From Alphaproteobacteria bacterium (lineage in GTDB: Bacteria; Pseudomonadota; Alphaproteobacteria; JABAAW01; JAHZMA01): 64,000 nt of DNA. The notes under the pieces were generated by a model that was given only the letters and a program-made list of their open reading frames with translations, was not told where the DNA came from and did not search any database. This document shows positions 41,637-52,175 of this stretch, piece after piece (within the stretch, counting starts at the first letter, position 1; each line of letters begins with the position of its first letter). The position numbers and the translations under genes were made by a program. The stretch spans positions 209,567-273,566 of the forward strand of contig CBDBJL010000018.1 in the NCBI GenBank assembly GCA_965206365.1. Reading direction: 5' to 3'.

Positions 41637-43296
41637 AACTGCTAAGCAGCTTTTGGTTCTGGCAAAAAAATATAAAAATGAGATGCTATTTATCCCCATT
41701 GGCGGTGTGGATGAAATAGGGATGAATGCTTATCTTTATCATTATGCAAATCGATGGGTTTTAATTGATGCGGGCATCGGTTTTGCGGATTATCGGATGC
41801 CTGGCGTAGATACATTATTGCCCGATTTAACTTTTATGCAAGATTTTCCTCTTGATGCCGTGTTGTTGACACATCCACACGAAGATCATATTGGCGGCAT
41901 TGCAGAATTGCTAAAATATGTGCAAGCACCGATTTATATGGGAGAATTTACGGCCCAGCTTGTTCGGCATAAATTATATAATTTTAATGATCGCGTTAAA
42001 ATTCACATGATTGTAGATGGTGTGGCTTTTAAAATTGGCAAGCTTACGATTACACCATGTGGGGTTGCGCATTCTGTTCCTGAAGCCTTTGCTTTTTTCT
42101 TTGAAACTGAATTTGGTTTGGTCGTGCATAGTGGTGATTGGAAATATGATTTTGATCCTGTGATTGGGAAATCTTTTGCGGTAGTAGATTGGCAATTATG
42201 TGATAAAAAAATTAAGGCTATGATTTGCGATTCTACGAATATTATGAGCCCGGGCGATTCAGGTTCGGAAAGTGATGTTGCCAAGCCTTTGCAAGAATTA
42301 ATTGCGGAATGTGCTGGGCATCGGATTTTCATCACTTGTTTTGCGTCTAATGTTGCACGGTTAAGCAATATCATGCACGCGCTTCATCAGGCGGGGCGAA
42401 AAATTCTATTAATGGGTCGCGCTATGCAACGAATGCATGTGATTGGCAGTAATATGGGATGGTTTCATGATTTGCCAGTGTGCTCTGAAGAGCAATTGGA
42501 TGAAGTTGATATGTCAGAATTGGCGATTATTATCACCGGGTCGCAAGGTGAGGGGCGCTCGATGCTGGCAAAAATTTCGCGCAATGAGCATAAAAAAATT
42601 TATTTTAGAAATGGTGATAAAGTATTTTTTTCCAGCCGAACGATACCGGGGAATGAAATTTCTATTAGTGAAGTTCAAAATCAAATTGCGCGTCAGGGCG
42701 GCGAGGTTGTTAATGTGGCAGATCATCAGATTCATGTGTCGGGGCATTATCAACGTGCAGAAATTGATGCCACCTATGATTCGATTAAACCAGAATGGGT
42801 GATTCCAGTGCATGGCGAGCCAAGGCATTTGCGTGCACATTGTAAAATTGTTGATGAGCTAGGAATGAAATCGCTTTATATGCCAGGAAATGGTTCGATT
42901 GCGGTTATTGGCAAGGCAGATATTTTTTTGGCAGGTAGCATAGATCTTGCCACACAAATGGTGGAAGCGAGTGGGAGAATTATTACGCATCGCGATGAAG
43001 AGTTTCAGGAACGCAAAAAAGTGATCTGGAATGGAGCTTTGGTAATGGCATTTGCGATTAGTCGTGATGATGATAGCTTACAATCGCATCCACAAATTAC
43101 TCCGATTGGATTGGGGATTGATGATCATGTGCTCGAAGATATTGAAGATAAGGCAGCAGAAATTTATCGGATGAATTACCAAGAAAATATTAGCCTAGAG
43201 GAAACGATAGAAAAGATGAAAAGTTTAATGCGGAAAGAAAGCCGGATCATTTTAAAAAAACGCCCGGTTGTTGCGATTAACTTATTAATGGTTTAA
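41626..43296 (+). CDS. rnj: Ribonuclease J (metallo-beta-lactamase / beta-CASP family)
   Basis: HPHEDHIGG metal-binding motif plus beta-CASP region. Start placed at MLSETAKQ, overlapping the coaX end; the track ORF begins at 41605. Confidence 0.85.
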   Translation: MLSETAKQLLVLAKKYKNEMLFIPIGGVDEIGMNAYLYHYANRWVLIDAGIGFADYRMPGVDTLLPDLTFMQDFPLDAVLLTHPHEDHIGGIAELLKYVQAPIYMGEFTAQLVRHKLYNFNDRVKIHMIVDGVAFKIGKLTITPCGVAHSVPEAFAFFFETEFGLVVHSGDWKYDFDPVIGKSFAVVDWQLCDKKIKAMICDSTNIMSPGDSGSESDVAKPLQELIAECAGHRIFITCFASNVARLSNIMHALHQAGRKILLMGRAMQRMHVIGSNMGWFHDLPVCSEEQLDEVDMSELAIIITGSQGEGRSMLAKISRNEHKKIYFRNGDKVFFSSRTIPGNEISISEVQNQIARQGGEVVNVADHQIHVSGHYQRAEIDATYDSIKPEWVIPVHGEPRHLRAHCKIVDELGMKSLYMPGNGSIAVIGKADIFLAGSIDLATQMVEASGRIITHRDEEFQERKKVIWNGALVMAFAISRDDDSLQSHPQITPIGLGIDDHVLEDIEDKAAEIYRMNYQENISLEETIEKMKSLMRKESRIILKKRPVVAINLLMV

Positions 43297-43300
43297 GTAT

Positions 43301-44500
43301 TCAAGGCTGATGATTGTGTTTTTTAAAAGGTAAGTGGGCTTTAAGGGTTGTTAGATAATTTTCTTGAACGGCATTATTATGAAGAATGAATTTTGCAACT
43401 GCATTTCGAAAGATTGGGTGGGGTAAGTAATGGGCGGAATATGTTTTTATTGGGCAATAGCCACGTTCTAATTTATGGGCACCCTGGGTGCCTGCCTCGA
43501 CACATGCAAGCTTATGGGTAATGGCGTAATCTATGGCTTGGTAGTAACAGGTTTCAAAATGGAGAAACTTAAAATCACCATTGCAACCCCAATTGCGCCC
43601 GTAAAGCCGATCTTTACCAATGAAATTAAGGGCTCCAGCAACGCATTTCCCATGATGATCAGTCCCATAATAATCAGCAAGGATCAGTAAAATATTTGCA
43701 CTCATATGGGTTGCAATTTCAGTAAAGAAGGCACGGGTTAAATAAGGTGTACCCCATTTTTTATCATATGTTGTACAGTAAAATTGATAGAAATTTTCCC
43801 AGTCATTTTGGGTAATTTCTTTGCCACGCAATTTGCGGAAATGAATTTTTTTTTGCGACAATTCAGCACGTTCTTTTCGGATATTTTTGCGTTTGCGACT
43901 TGTTAAATCTTGTAAAAATTCTTCAAAATTTTGATAATTTCTATTAAACCAATGAAATTGTATATCGTGGCGAATCAGAAACCCGGCTTTTTCTAGAGCG
44001 ATGAGATCATCATCGCAGGGAAAATTGACATGCCAAGATGAAAAATGGTTTTTTCGGCATAATTGCATGATGCTATTCAATAAAATATTCTTTATTTCAG
44101 TGGCTTCAAATTGCGATAAATCATGTCGCGTTAAAATTCTTTGTCCAGTTACGGGGGTGAAAGGAATGGCTCCCAATAATTTTGGATAATAATTCCCTCC
44201 CGCTTCTTGCCAGGCATGCGCCCAGGAATGGTCAAAAACATATTCGCCATAAGAATGCATTTTTATATAAAGTGGCATTACAGCATCATCTGTACCATTG
44301 ATAACATGGTGTAACGAAATATGGTAAGGGAACCAACCCGTGCCCTCACCCACAGATGCTGTTTTTTCTAAAGCGGAAAGAAACTCAAAACGTAAAAAAG
44401 GATTTTCGGCGGGTGCAAATTGTTGCCAAACAGAAGCCAACGCATCGATTTGCGGATAAATTTTGATTTTGTAGTGAGATAAGATTTCTGGTGTGTTCAT
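43301..44500 (-). CDS. FemAB-like / BioF2-like GNAT-fold N-acyltransferase (DUF482/COG3146 family)
   Basis: Conserved alphaproteobacterial family pattern. Start assumed at the internal Met MNTPEIL; the longest ORF extends to 44569. Confidence 0.6.
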   Translation of the reverse strand: MNTPEILSHYKIKIYPQIDALASVWQQFAPAENPFLRFEFLSALEKTASVGEGTGWFPYHISLHHVINGTDDAVMPLYIKMHSYGEYVFDHSWAHAWQEAGGNYYPKLLGAIPFTPVTGQRILTRHDLSQFEATEIKNILLNSIMQLCRKNHFSSWHVNFPCDDDLIALEKAGFLIRHDIQFHWFNRNYQNFEEFLQDLTSRKRKNIRKERAELSQKKIHFRKLRGKEITQNDWENFYQFYCTTYDKKWGTPYLTRAFFTEIATHMSANILLILADYYGTDHHGKCVAGALNFIGKDRLYGRNWGCNGDFKFLHFETCYYQAIDYAITHKLACVEAGTQGAHKLERGYCPIKTYSAHYLPHPIFRNAVAKFILHNNAVQENYLTTLKAHLPFKKHNHQP

Positions 44501-44779
44501 GTATGATATTATAGATAAAAAAAAAGGGCCGTAAAAATACGACCCAAGTCTGGGGAGGAAAAACTTCAATCTTTGGTTGATTCACGATTGCGATAAATTT
44601 GTTTGATAATATCTCTTTTGTGTAACCTAAAACTCTCATCAAACTACATAATAAATTTTGTAAGCTTGAGTTTATTTTATACAAATACAGAGAATCAAAA
44701 GCAATGATAAAATATAAAAACTTCAATATTTTTTCATATTTGTAAGAAACGAGTAAAAAAATTGTGGATAAAATAAAAT

Positions 44780-44815
44780 ACGGTCTTCTATTTTTTAAAA
44801 AGACCGTTACTTTTT
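44780..44815 (+). terminator. Terminator-like hairpin in a divergent intergenic region
   Basis: ACGGTCTT (44780..44787) / AAGACCGT (44800..44807) 8-bp perfect stem with 12-nt loop, then TACTTTTT; the minus strand also has a T-run after the stem, so it is possibly bidirectional. Confidence 0.4.
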
Positions 44816-44869
44816 GCGGAAAATAAAAAATATTCCCTAAAAGTGGGTATTTATGTTAGGTTTGCTGGC

Positions 44870-45808
44870 ATGAGACAGTTTGATAGTGAAAATACCGGGC
44901 AAGATATTCGTGCCGATCTGCTTTTCTATATGGAAAAGCAAGCTGATTTTGAAGGGATGGGGCGTGATGCTTTAATTCTTGCTGCGAAAGCACGGAAGGT
45001 GGATGTAGATTTTGCTTTTGCTTTGTTTGACAATGGGAACAGGCTTGCCATTGCTCAGTATTATTGGCAGATGCGTATAGAAAATTTTACGATTCAGTTG
45101 CAAAATGTAAGCTCATCTATGGATAATAAAAATATTCTTGCTCCAAAATTTCTTGACGAGTCTGTTGATGCCCCAGATATTCCGCTCGGTACGACGCAAA
45201 AAGTGGCGTTTGCGCTTAATTTTTTTTTCCGAATTAAAAATAATCTTATCCATGATTTGGCAGCGCAGTGTGCATTGCATAGTAGTACAGCGAGGTTATT
45301 GATGCCAGCTGGGGCAGTTTTGTTGACAAAAAATATTTGGAATCTTAGTGATAGTATTTGGAAATTTGCCGGTGATCAATCTACAAATTCTAATTATTAT
45401 AGCAAAAGATTTTTGTTGGCCCAGATTATCATGGTAAGTCTAATGTATTATTTTCAGGATAAAACAGATGATAAAAGGCAAACGCAAAATTTTATTGCGG
45501 ATAAATTACAAAAGGTAGTAATTATTGGGAAAATTATCGGGCGAGGAAAAACAGATTTGCAATCAAAAGGAGAGTTTGTGGTAAGGTTATTGCAATTTTT
45601 GAGTCCTTATGCAGAAAAAAAAATAAATTTTTCAGATCATCCAGGATCTGCACCAAGCCAATTTCGACAAAATGGATCGAATCGATGGCAGTATGAAAAT
45701 AAATTTCGAATCACTCCATTACGGGTGGCAAAGGTTGTTGGCAAAAGAATAATAAGCAAACAGAGGTTAATTCATTCCCAAATTCAAAATTTCCAAAGAC
45801 ACAGATAG
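44870..45808 (+). CDS. Hypothetical protein with no recognisable domain
   Basis: 313 aa from the first ATG; the track ORF begins at GTG 44843; predicted mostly helical; ends 1 nt into nth. Confidence 0.5.
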   Translation: MRQFDSENTGQDIRADLLFYMEKQADFEGMGRDALILAAKARKVDVDFAFALFDNGNRLAIAQYYWQMRIENFTIQLQNVSSSMDNKNILAPKFLDESVDAPDIPLGTTQKVAFALNFFFRIKNNLIHDLAAQCALHSSTARLLMPAGAVLLTKNIWNLSDSIWKFAGDQSTNSNYYSKRFLLAQIIMVSLMYYFQDKTDDKRQTQNFIADKLQKVVIIGKIIGRGKTDLQSKGEFVVRLLQFLSPYAEKKINFSDHPGSAPSQFRQNGSNRWQYENKFRITPLRVAKVVGKRIISKQRLIHSQIQNFQRHR

Positions 45809-46443
45809 TGCAAACCGATCAAATTGATGAGTTTTTTCGTCGTTTGCATGCCAAAAACCCGCAACCGAAAACTGAACTTGAATATGATAATGATTATACA
45901 TTACTGGTGGCGGTTATTTTGTCGGCACAAGCAACCGATAAAAGTGTTAACAAGGTAACTTGTGGGTTATTTGCGCAGGTGCAAACGCCACAAGAAATGG
46001 GAGAGCTTGGGCTTGCCACTTTGATGGCTCAGATTAAGACGATCGGGCTTTATAAAAGCAAGGCAAACAATATTATCGCTACAAGTAAGATTTTGGTAGA
46101 TTTCTATGGGGGTAAGATCCCAAGAACTCGTGAAGAATTAGAAAATTTGCCGGGTGTTGGTCGCAAAACTGCCAATGTTATTTTGAATGTAGCTTTGGGC
46201 TTACCGACTATTGCGGTGGATACGCATTTGTTTCGACTTTCGAATCGAATTGGCTTGGCCCCTGGGAAAACTTTGTTGGCTGTAGAGCAACAATTACAAG
46301 CGGTGATCCCCAAAAAATGGCAATATTATGCGCATCATTGGTTGATTTTACATGGACGCTATATTTGTGTGGCACGCAGGCCAAAATGCGAGCTTTGTGG
46401 CGTAACGGATTTATGTGATTTTTATCAGGAAAAGTTCAAATGA
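45808..46443 (+). CDS. nth: Endonuclease III
   Basis: 211 aa; HhH-GPD LPGVGRKTANV; C-terminal 4Fe-4S CxxxxxxCxxCxxxxxC. Confidence 0.95.
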   Translation: MQTDQIDEFFRRLHAKNPQPKTELEYDNDYTLLVAVILSAQATDKSVNKVTCGLFAQVQTPQEMGELGLATLMAQIKTIGLYKSKANNIIATSKILVDFYGGKIPRTREELENLPGVGRKTANVILNVALGLPTIAVDTHLFRLSNRIGLAPGKTLLAVEQQLQAVIPKKWQYYAHHWLILHGRYICVARRPKCELCGVTDLCDFYQEKFK

Positions 46444-46455
46444 AATGAATGTTAC

Positions 46456-47256
46456 TTAGCTGATTTGGGTTTGAACAAAATAATAAAGATTTTTGTTGGA
46501 TCGTTCAGGAGCAAAATAATAACCATCGAATCGAATTTCTTTAATCATAGCCAGCTCATCAATATGATTTTTAACAATATGACGCAACATTGTTCCACGT
46601 GCACGTTTTGCTAAGATACCGATATTCTTTAGCTGATTATCACGTTGTTGCCGAAAGGCGATTTGGATTACATTAATTTTAGAATTGGGGGAGCAGATAG
46701 CTCGGCTATATTCATCGGATGCAAGGTTGAGTAAGATTGGTTGTTTATGTGTTGCTAATAACTCTTCAAGATAAAGATTGATTCGATCACGCCAAAAATC
46801 ATAGAGATTGTTTGTATTTGCAATTTTAACCGCAGTGTTCATTTCCAAACGATAAGGGGCTATTAAATCGAAGGGACGCAGCAAGCCATAAAGTCCGGAA
46901 AGAATTGCCAGGTGATTTTGTAAATATTGATGTTCAGCGTTATTAAAATCATTCGGGTTTAAGGCCTGATAGGCATCACCAGCAAAACTTAGAATCGCTG
47001 GTAATTTATAAGCTGTGTTTGCAATGATCTCTTGATAACGCAAATAGTTAAGCTGTGCGAGTTTTGGCGATATGTTCATTAATTTCTGCAAATCCTCAGC
47101 AGTTTTTTGGGCCATGAATTCTGCTATTTTCTGACTTTGCTGAGAAAAATAGGGGACGTTACATATATTTCGATTCATGTTATTTTGCCACTTATTCGTA
47201 GCGATAGTGGGAAATGGCATGGTTAGCTTTTTTGCAGGTGATAATAAGCAAAGCAC
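46456..47256 (-). CDS. yaaA: Peroxide stress protein YaaA (DUF328/UPF0246)
   Basis: 266 aa; GTG start; N-terminus MLCLLSPAKKL matches E. coli YaaA MLILISPAKTL. Confidence 0.85.
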   Translation of the reverse strand: MLCLLSPAKKLTMPFPTIATNKWQNNMNRNICNVPYFSQQSQKIAEFMAQKTAEDLQKLMNISPKLAQLNYLRYQEIIANTAYKLPAILSFAGDAYQALNPNDFNNAEHQYLQNHLAILSGLYGLLRPFDLIAPYRLEMNTAVKIANTNNLYDFWRDRINLYLEELLATHKQPILLNLASDEYSRAICSPNSKINVIQIAFRQQRDNQLKNIGILAKRARGTMLRHIVKNHIDELAMIKEIRFDGYYFAPERSNKNLYYFVQTQIS

Positions 47257-50200
47257 TATTTAACGATCAGCAAAGTTTTTAACGCCCGCAAAACAACAGT
47301 TAGCAATGCCAAAGATAGGCTTTGTTTGCGACAATCTTTGAGTAAATTATCAACAATTTGCACAGTTTTGTTGGCCTTATCGAAAAAAGCTTCCATGGTA
47401 TCGGGAACATTATCGTATTCTTTGGCGTAATGTTTCACAATGAACTGGGTAAGTTCGGATTGAAAATGCCATAAATCATCGCTTACGGCATTGAGGGCTT
47501 GTTTTTCCCAACGATTCGAACCATCGATTAATAAGGTTACTTGGCTACGGAGCCAATCGATTGAAAATCTTTCGGAAAGTAGAAAATAATATTCGGCAAT
47601 TTTTTGTACATCTAAAGCCATTTTTTCAGCAATCTGAATAATTTCGCATCCAGAAGAAATAATTTTTAAACACGCAATTTGGTGGGACAAATCTTTATCG
47701 ACAAGATCGTTAGAGTAACGCTGAACACGAAGCGTATGGGCTTTTTTAAGCTCTGGCGGTAGAATAGCTTCCAAAGCAATTTCCAGACGTGTAATATTTT
47801 CACCATATTTTTGATTTAAATTTTCCAGCTGCAAAGGGCTTTTTTCGTGTTGAATAAACCATTCGGTAATTCGTTCGGTGGTTCGATAAGTTTCAAAAAT
47901 CATATCTAGTTGTAAATTTGTTGGGATTTGATTATCCAAAGATTCAATATTTTTGCGTAAAGATTCGAGGTTAAATATTTTGATAACGGTAGAAAAACTA
48001 CGAACAATATCGGTAATATCAGCACCTGTTTTATTTTTTAGGGCATTGATAAAAGAAGGACGTGTGAAATTAATAATTTGATTCGTTAAAACTGTTGCAA
48101 TAATTTCGCGTTTTAAACAATGAGTTTCAATAATTTGACCAAACATTGTTGTTAAGCGTTTGGGGAAATAGTGATAAAGAATATCAACATAAAAAGGATC
48201 ATCAGGCAAATTAGAATCTAAAATTTCTTGATAAGCAACATTTTTTGCATAGGCAAGCAATACGCATAATTCTGGACGATAAAACCCTAAATGTTGTTCG
48301 CGGCGGGCCTCAATTTCTTCATCACGAGGTAAAAATTCTAACCCACGGTTTAAGAGACCCTGATTCACCAAGTCACGAATTAATTGCTGCTGTTCGTCAA
48401 TAAAATCGGTGTTGCGCCGTTGGATTAAACTTAAGGTTTGGCCTTGTTGGTAATTATTATTCAAAACCAATTCAGCGACATCATCGGTCATGGTCTCTAG
48501 CAAATGATTTCGATCTTCCGTTTTCAGTTTATTGGCGTTGATGGCTTGAGTGAGTAGGATTTTCAAGTTCACTTCATGATCAGAACAATCCACACCTGCA
48601 GAATTATCAACCGCATCAGTATTACATCTGCCCCCATTACTTGCATATTCAATGCGTGCGCGATGGGTTACGCCTAAATTAGCCCCCTCACCAATTACTA
48701 GGGCTTGCAATTTTTTGGCATCGATACGAATATCATCATTGGCTTTGTCGCCAGCATCGGCATGGGTTTCAGCTGTCGCTTTCAGATAAGTTCCAATGCC
48801 GCCAAACCATAATAGATCAGTCTTACTTTTTAGAATTGCTTGCAATAAAGCATTAGGGGTAATGTGATCTTGGTCAAGTTCTAATAGGGTTTTAATTTCT
48901 GGATTAAGCTGTAAATTTTTCGCAGAGCGTTCAAAAATTTGTGCTCCTTTGGAAAGAATTTGTGGATCATAATCGCTCCAGTTGGAACGGGGTAAATCAA
49001 ATAGCCTTTTGCGTTCATTCCAGCTTTTTTCTGGGTCGGGGTCGGGGTCTATAAAAATATGCAAATGATTAAAGGCCACGCGCAAGCGAATCTTTTTGGA
49101 AAGCAACATGCCATTGCCAAAAACATCTCCTGACATGTCGCCAATACCAACCACATTAAAAGTAGTGGTTTGAATATTCGTTCCTATTTCCCGAAAATGG
49201 CGTTTTACGCATTCCCAAGCACCACGAGCGGTAATGCCCATTTTTTTATGGTCATAGCCGACCGAACCCCCTGATGCAAAAGCATCCCCCAGCCAAAAAC
49301 CATGCTGAATTGCAATTTCATTAGCGGTATCAGAAAAGGTTGCCGTTCCTTTATCGGCAGCCACCACCAAATAAAAATCATCATGATCTTTGCGAATTAC
49401 ATTGGGCGGAGGTACAATCACATTACCATCGAGATTATCAGTAATATCTAACATGGATTGAATGAATAATTTATAACATGCAATGCCTTCGCGCATGAAG
49501 CTTTCGCGGTCGTTCTGGGGTTTTTTTAGGACAAAACCGCCTTTCGAGCCCACAGGGACAATGACAGCATTTTTTACTTGTTGGGCTTTGACTAAGCCCA
49601 AAATCTCGGTACGAAAATCATCTTGGCGATCCGACCAACGCAATCCGCCACGGGCAACCAAACCAAAGCGCAAATGGACAGCTTCGAACCTTTCGCTATA
49701 AATAAAAATTTCACGAAAGGGACGAGGTTGTGGGAGAAATTCTAAATCACGGCTGGATATCTTAAAACTAAAAATCGGGTCAGTTTTATCATGGGTTTTT
49801 TGATAAAAATTGGTTCGAACCACGGCTTGAATAAAAATAAGATGGGCGCGCAAAATACGATCTTCATCAAGAGTACGAACATTTTCAAGCCTAGCCAATA
49901 TTTTGGCTTCAATTTGTGTCTCATGATTTTCAGAATATTTTTCAGGGTTAAAACGGGCATGAAAATATTCTACTAAATCACGTGTAAGATCAGGATAATC
50001 CATTAAACATTCACAGATTCGATGGGGTGTAAAAGGCATTTTGCTTTGTCGAAAATAACTACTAATCGCACGGAATAAAACAATTTCACGATAATGCAGA
50101 TGAGCTTTTAAAGTGAGCTCATTAAAATTATCGGTAGCAAAACGCCCGGCCCAAATTTCACGGAAAGTTTCCAGAAAATAAGTTTCTAGAATTTTATGAG

Positions 50201-52064
50201 TTGCGGGATCAATAATCTCTTTGTTACTATCATCACCAAGCTGGATAATAAAATCATGAATCATAGTTTCAGCAGAACCTAGGGGAGAGACGATATAATA
50301 ATTTTCAGCAAGAACCTTGACGCCAATAGATTCCATTTTTGGCAAAATATCTGAAAGCACAATATCACGATCTGTTTGCGCCATACGCAAATGCCAAGTT
50401 AAATTTTCGTTTGTACTTTTCGAGTAAATTTCAATTGCAAGATGGTCATCATCGGCAAGTGCAGATTCAATCATTTGAATATCAGAGATCGTACGGTTTA
50501 AATCAACAACATCGCGATAATTAATTGGAAAGGCGGTCATATAACACATGTAAAGATTCTGCACGGTATCTTCATCGTAGGTTTCCATTAAAGATTCGTA
50601 TAAATCTTCATGCCAAGGGTGTGTAAGTGCGATAATCTGTTTTTCTAATTCTTCGTGAGAAAAATTAGGAATGTTTCCTGGAAAAACCTTAAACGACATT
50701 TTTACCCGCGCTAATCTGCCATCGCCAATGTAGAAATTTTTATCGCGAAGTGACGCATTAAATGTTGTTTCCATCAGAGCAATGGCTTTGTTTATCAGTC
50801 CGATTGAATAGGTTTCTACAGGAACATAAAGGTTGGAAGAAATAAATCGTTCATAAGGATCAATTCGCACCAAAAGACGACTATGGACACCGGTTTCGGC
50901 TTCGATAATTGCCATTAAATCCTTGGCAAGAAGGTGGGTATCGGCTTTCCACATATCATCACGGGGATAATGATTAACCACATGATGAAATAAACGTCTA
51001 TTATGTCGAGAATTATCAAGTGTTAGTGATTCTAGAGCATGTTTGGCATTTAGGCGTAAAATAGGAATGGTTGTGATCGGAGCCGTGTAGTAGCTAGAGG
51101 AGAATAAGCCACAAATCTCATATTCACCAATGAGCTTTCCTTGGGGGTTAAATCGCTTAATTTGCAAAACATCATAAGCAACGGCGCGATGAATGGTAGA
51201 TTTATGGTGGCTTTTATGAACATTAATACATTTTTGACTATTGGCAAAATCTTGAAATTCTTGGGGCATAATTTGTTCAGCCTCGCGATGGCTAAGAACG
51301 TGAATATGAGCATTTTTAAATAAACCGGTGAGGGTTTGGTTATCGATGTGGTAAATTAATTGATTGGTATCACCCGTATAATTAAGTGTGCGGATACCCA
51401 AAAAAATAAAATTACGTTTCATTAGCCAATTCAAGAAATCTGTGCTTTCTTTGGTGTTTAAGGCTATTTTATCCGCTGGCAAAGTTTGATATTCTCTGCA
51501 GATATCATTAATGCTATTTGTCATTAATTGATAATCGGCAACAACCAAAGCATTATTGGAAATTTCTTCATGCAAAAATTCCTCTAACATTTCAATCTGT
51601 ACCGGGTCGGTAACGCGGTTGCTTTCAATATAAAGACAATTAATGCTGTTGGTTTCAGAAAATGTAGTTGTTTTCGTATTAATAACGGAATGTAGCATTA
51701 CATGGAGTTCCAGCCCTTGGGAACGTAAAGCATTAAAAATGGTGCCAACAATAAAGGGCATATCGGGTGTTGCTAGAAAAAAGGAAGTGCGATAACGCAT
51801 TTTCTTTCCGCCATGCGGAAAAGCCGACTCACTATTGAAAATATCAATGATGTTGGCATTATCTTTCTGATTTTTGCATAATTGCCAATAGGTTTCAATC
51901 CGTTCAGCAAAGGTTTCGCTATGAATATAAGTGAGATCTTTCGGGGCAAGATAGGCAAGAAATTCATTAACAAAAATATCAAATTCAGCCTGATCTGGTT
52001 TTGAAAGTGAGGTAGAAAAAAATGATTTGATTGTTTCAATAAGTTGCTGTTTTGAATTTGACAT
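47256..52064 (-). CDS. gdhZ: NAD-specific glutamate dehydrogenase, large GdhZ type
   Basis: 1602 aa single ORF; central Glu/Leu/Phe/Val dehydrogenase catalytic region embedded in long flanking domains; 1-nt overlap with the yaaA start. Confidence 0.9.
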   Translation of the reverse strand: MSNSKQQLIETIKSFFSTSLSKPDQAEFDIFVNEFLAYLAPKDLTYIHSETFAERIETYWQLCKNQKDNANIIDIFNSESAFPHGGKKMRYRTSFFLATPDMPFIVGTIFNALRSQGLELHVMLHSVINTKTTTFSETNSINCLYIESNRVTDPVQIEMLEEFLHEEISNNALVVADYQLMTNSINDICREYQTLPADKIALNTKESTDFLNWLMKRNFIFLGIRTLNYTGDTNQLIYHIDNQTLTGLFKNAHIHVLSHREAEQIMPQEFQDFANSQKCINVHKSHHKSTIHRAVAYDVLQIKRFNPQGKLIGEYEICGLFSSSYYTAPITTIPILRLNAKHALESLTLDNSRHNRRLFHHVVNHYPRDDMWKADTHLLAKDLMAIIEAETGVHSRLLVRIDPYERFISSNLYVPVETYSIGLINKAIALMETTFNASLRDKNFYIGDGRLARVKMSFKVFPGNIPNFSHEELEKQIIALTHPWHEDLYESLMETYDEDTVQNLYMCYMTAFPINYRDVVDLNRTISDIQMIESALADDDHLAIEIYSKSTNENLTWHLRMAQTDRDIVLSDILPKMESIGVKVLAENYYIVSPLGSAETMIHDFIIQLGDDSNKEIIDPATHKILETYFLETFREIWAGRFATDNFNELTLKAHLHYREIVLFRAISSYFRQSKMPFTPHRICECLMDYPDLTRDLVEYFHARFNPEKYSENHETQIEAKILARLENVRTLDEDRILRAHLIFIQAVVRTNFYQKTHDKTDPIFSFKISSRDLEFLPQPRPFREIFIYSERFEAVHLRFGLVARGGLRWSDRQDDFRTEILGLVKAQQVKNAVIVPVGSKGGFVLKKPQNDRESFMREGIACYKLFIQSMLDITDNLDGNVIVPPPNVIRKDHDDFYLVVAADKGTATFSDTANEIAIQHGFWLGDAFASGGSVGYDHKKMGITARGAWECVKRHFREIGTNIQTTTFNVVGIGDMSGDVFGNGMLLSKKIRLRVAFNHLHIFIDPDPDPEKSWNERKRLFDLPRSNWSDYDPQILSKGAQIFERSAKNLQLNPEIKTLLELDQDHITPNALLQAILKSKTDLLWFGGIGTYLKATAETHADAGDKANDDIRIDAKKLQALVIGEGANLGVTHRARIEYASNGGRCNTDAVDNSAGVDCSDHEVNLKILLTQAINANKLKTEDRNHLLETMTDDVAELVLNNNYQQGQTLSLIQRRNTDFIDEQQQLIRDLVNQGLLNRGLEFLPRDEEIEARREQHLGFYRPELCVLLAYAKNVAYQEILDSNLPDDPFYVDILYHYFPKRLTTMFGQIIETHCLKREIIATVLTNQIINFTRPSFINALKNKTGADITDIVRSFSTVIKIFNLESLRKNIESLDNQIPTNLQLDMIFETYRTTERITEWFIQHEKSPLQLENLNQKYGENITRLEIALEAILPPELKKAHTLRVQRYSNDLVDKDLSHQIACLKIISSGCEIIQIAEKMALDVQKIAEYYFLLSERFSIDWLRSQVTLLIDGSNRWEKQALNAVSDDLWHFQSELTQFIVKHYAKEYDNVPDTMEAFFDKANKTVQIVDNLLKDCRKQSLSLALLTVVLRALKTLLIVK

Positions 52065-52175
52065 GAAAATAAATCCCTAAAAATGATTTTTCAATTTGGT
52101 ATCATCATAGCAGATTATTTCGGAAATTCATTGAAAAACATTTCGCAAGCATACAAGTATCATTGGCAACGATCA

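Noticed and set aside
49030-49047. GGGGTC tandem repeated three times
   Set aside because: It lies inside gdhZ coding sequence, where it encodes a DPDPDP peptide, and is not an intergenic repeat element.
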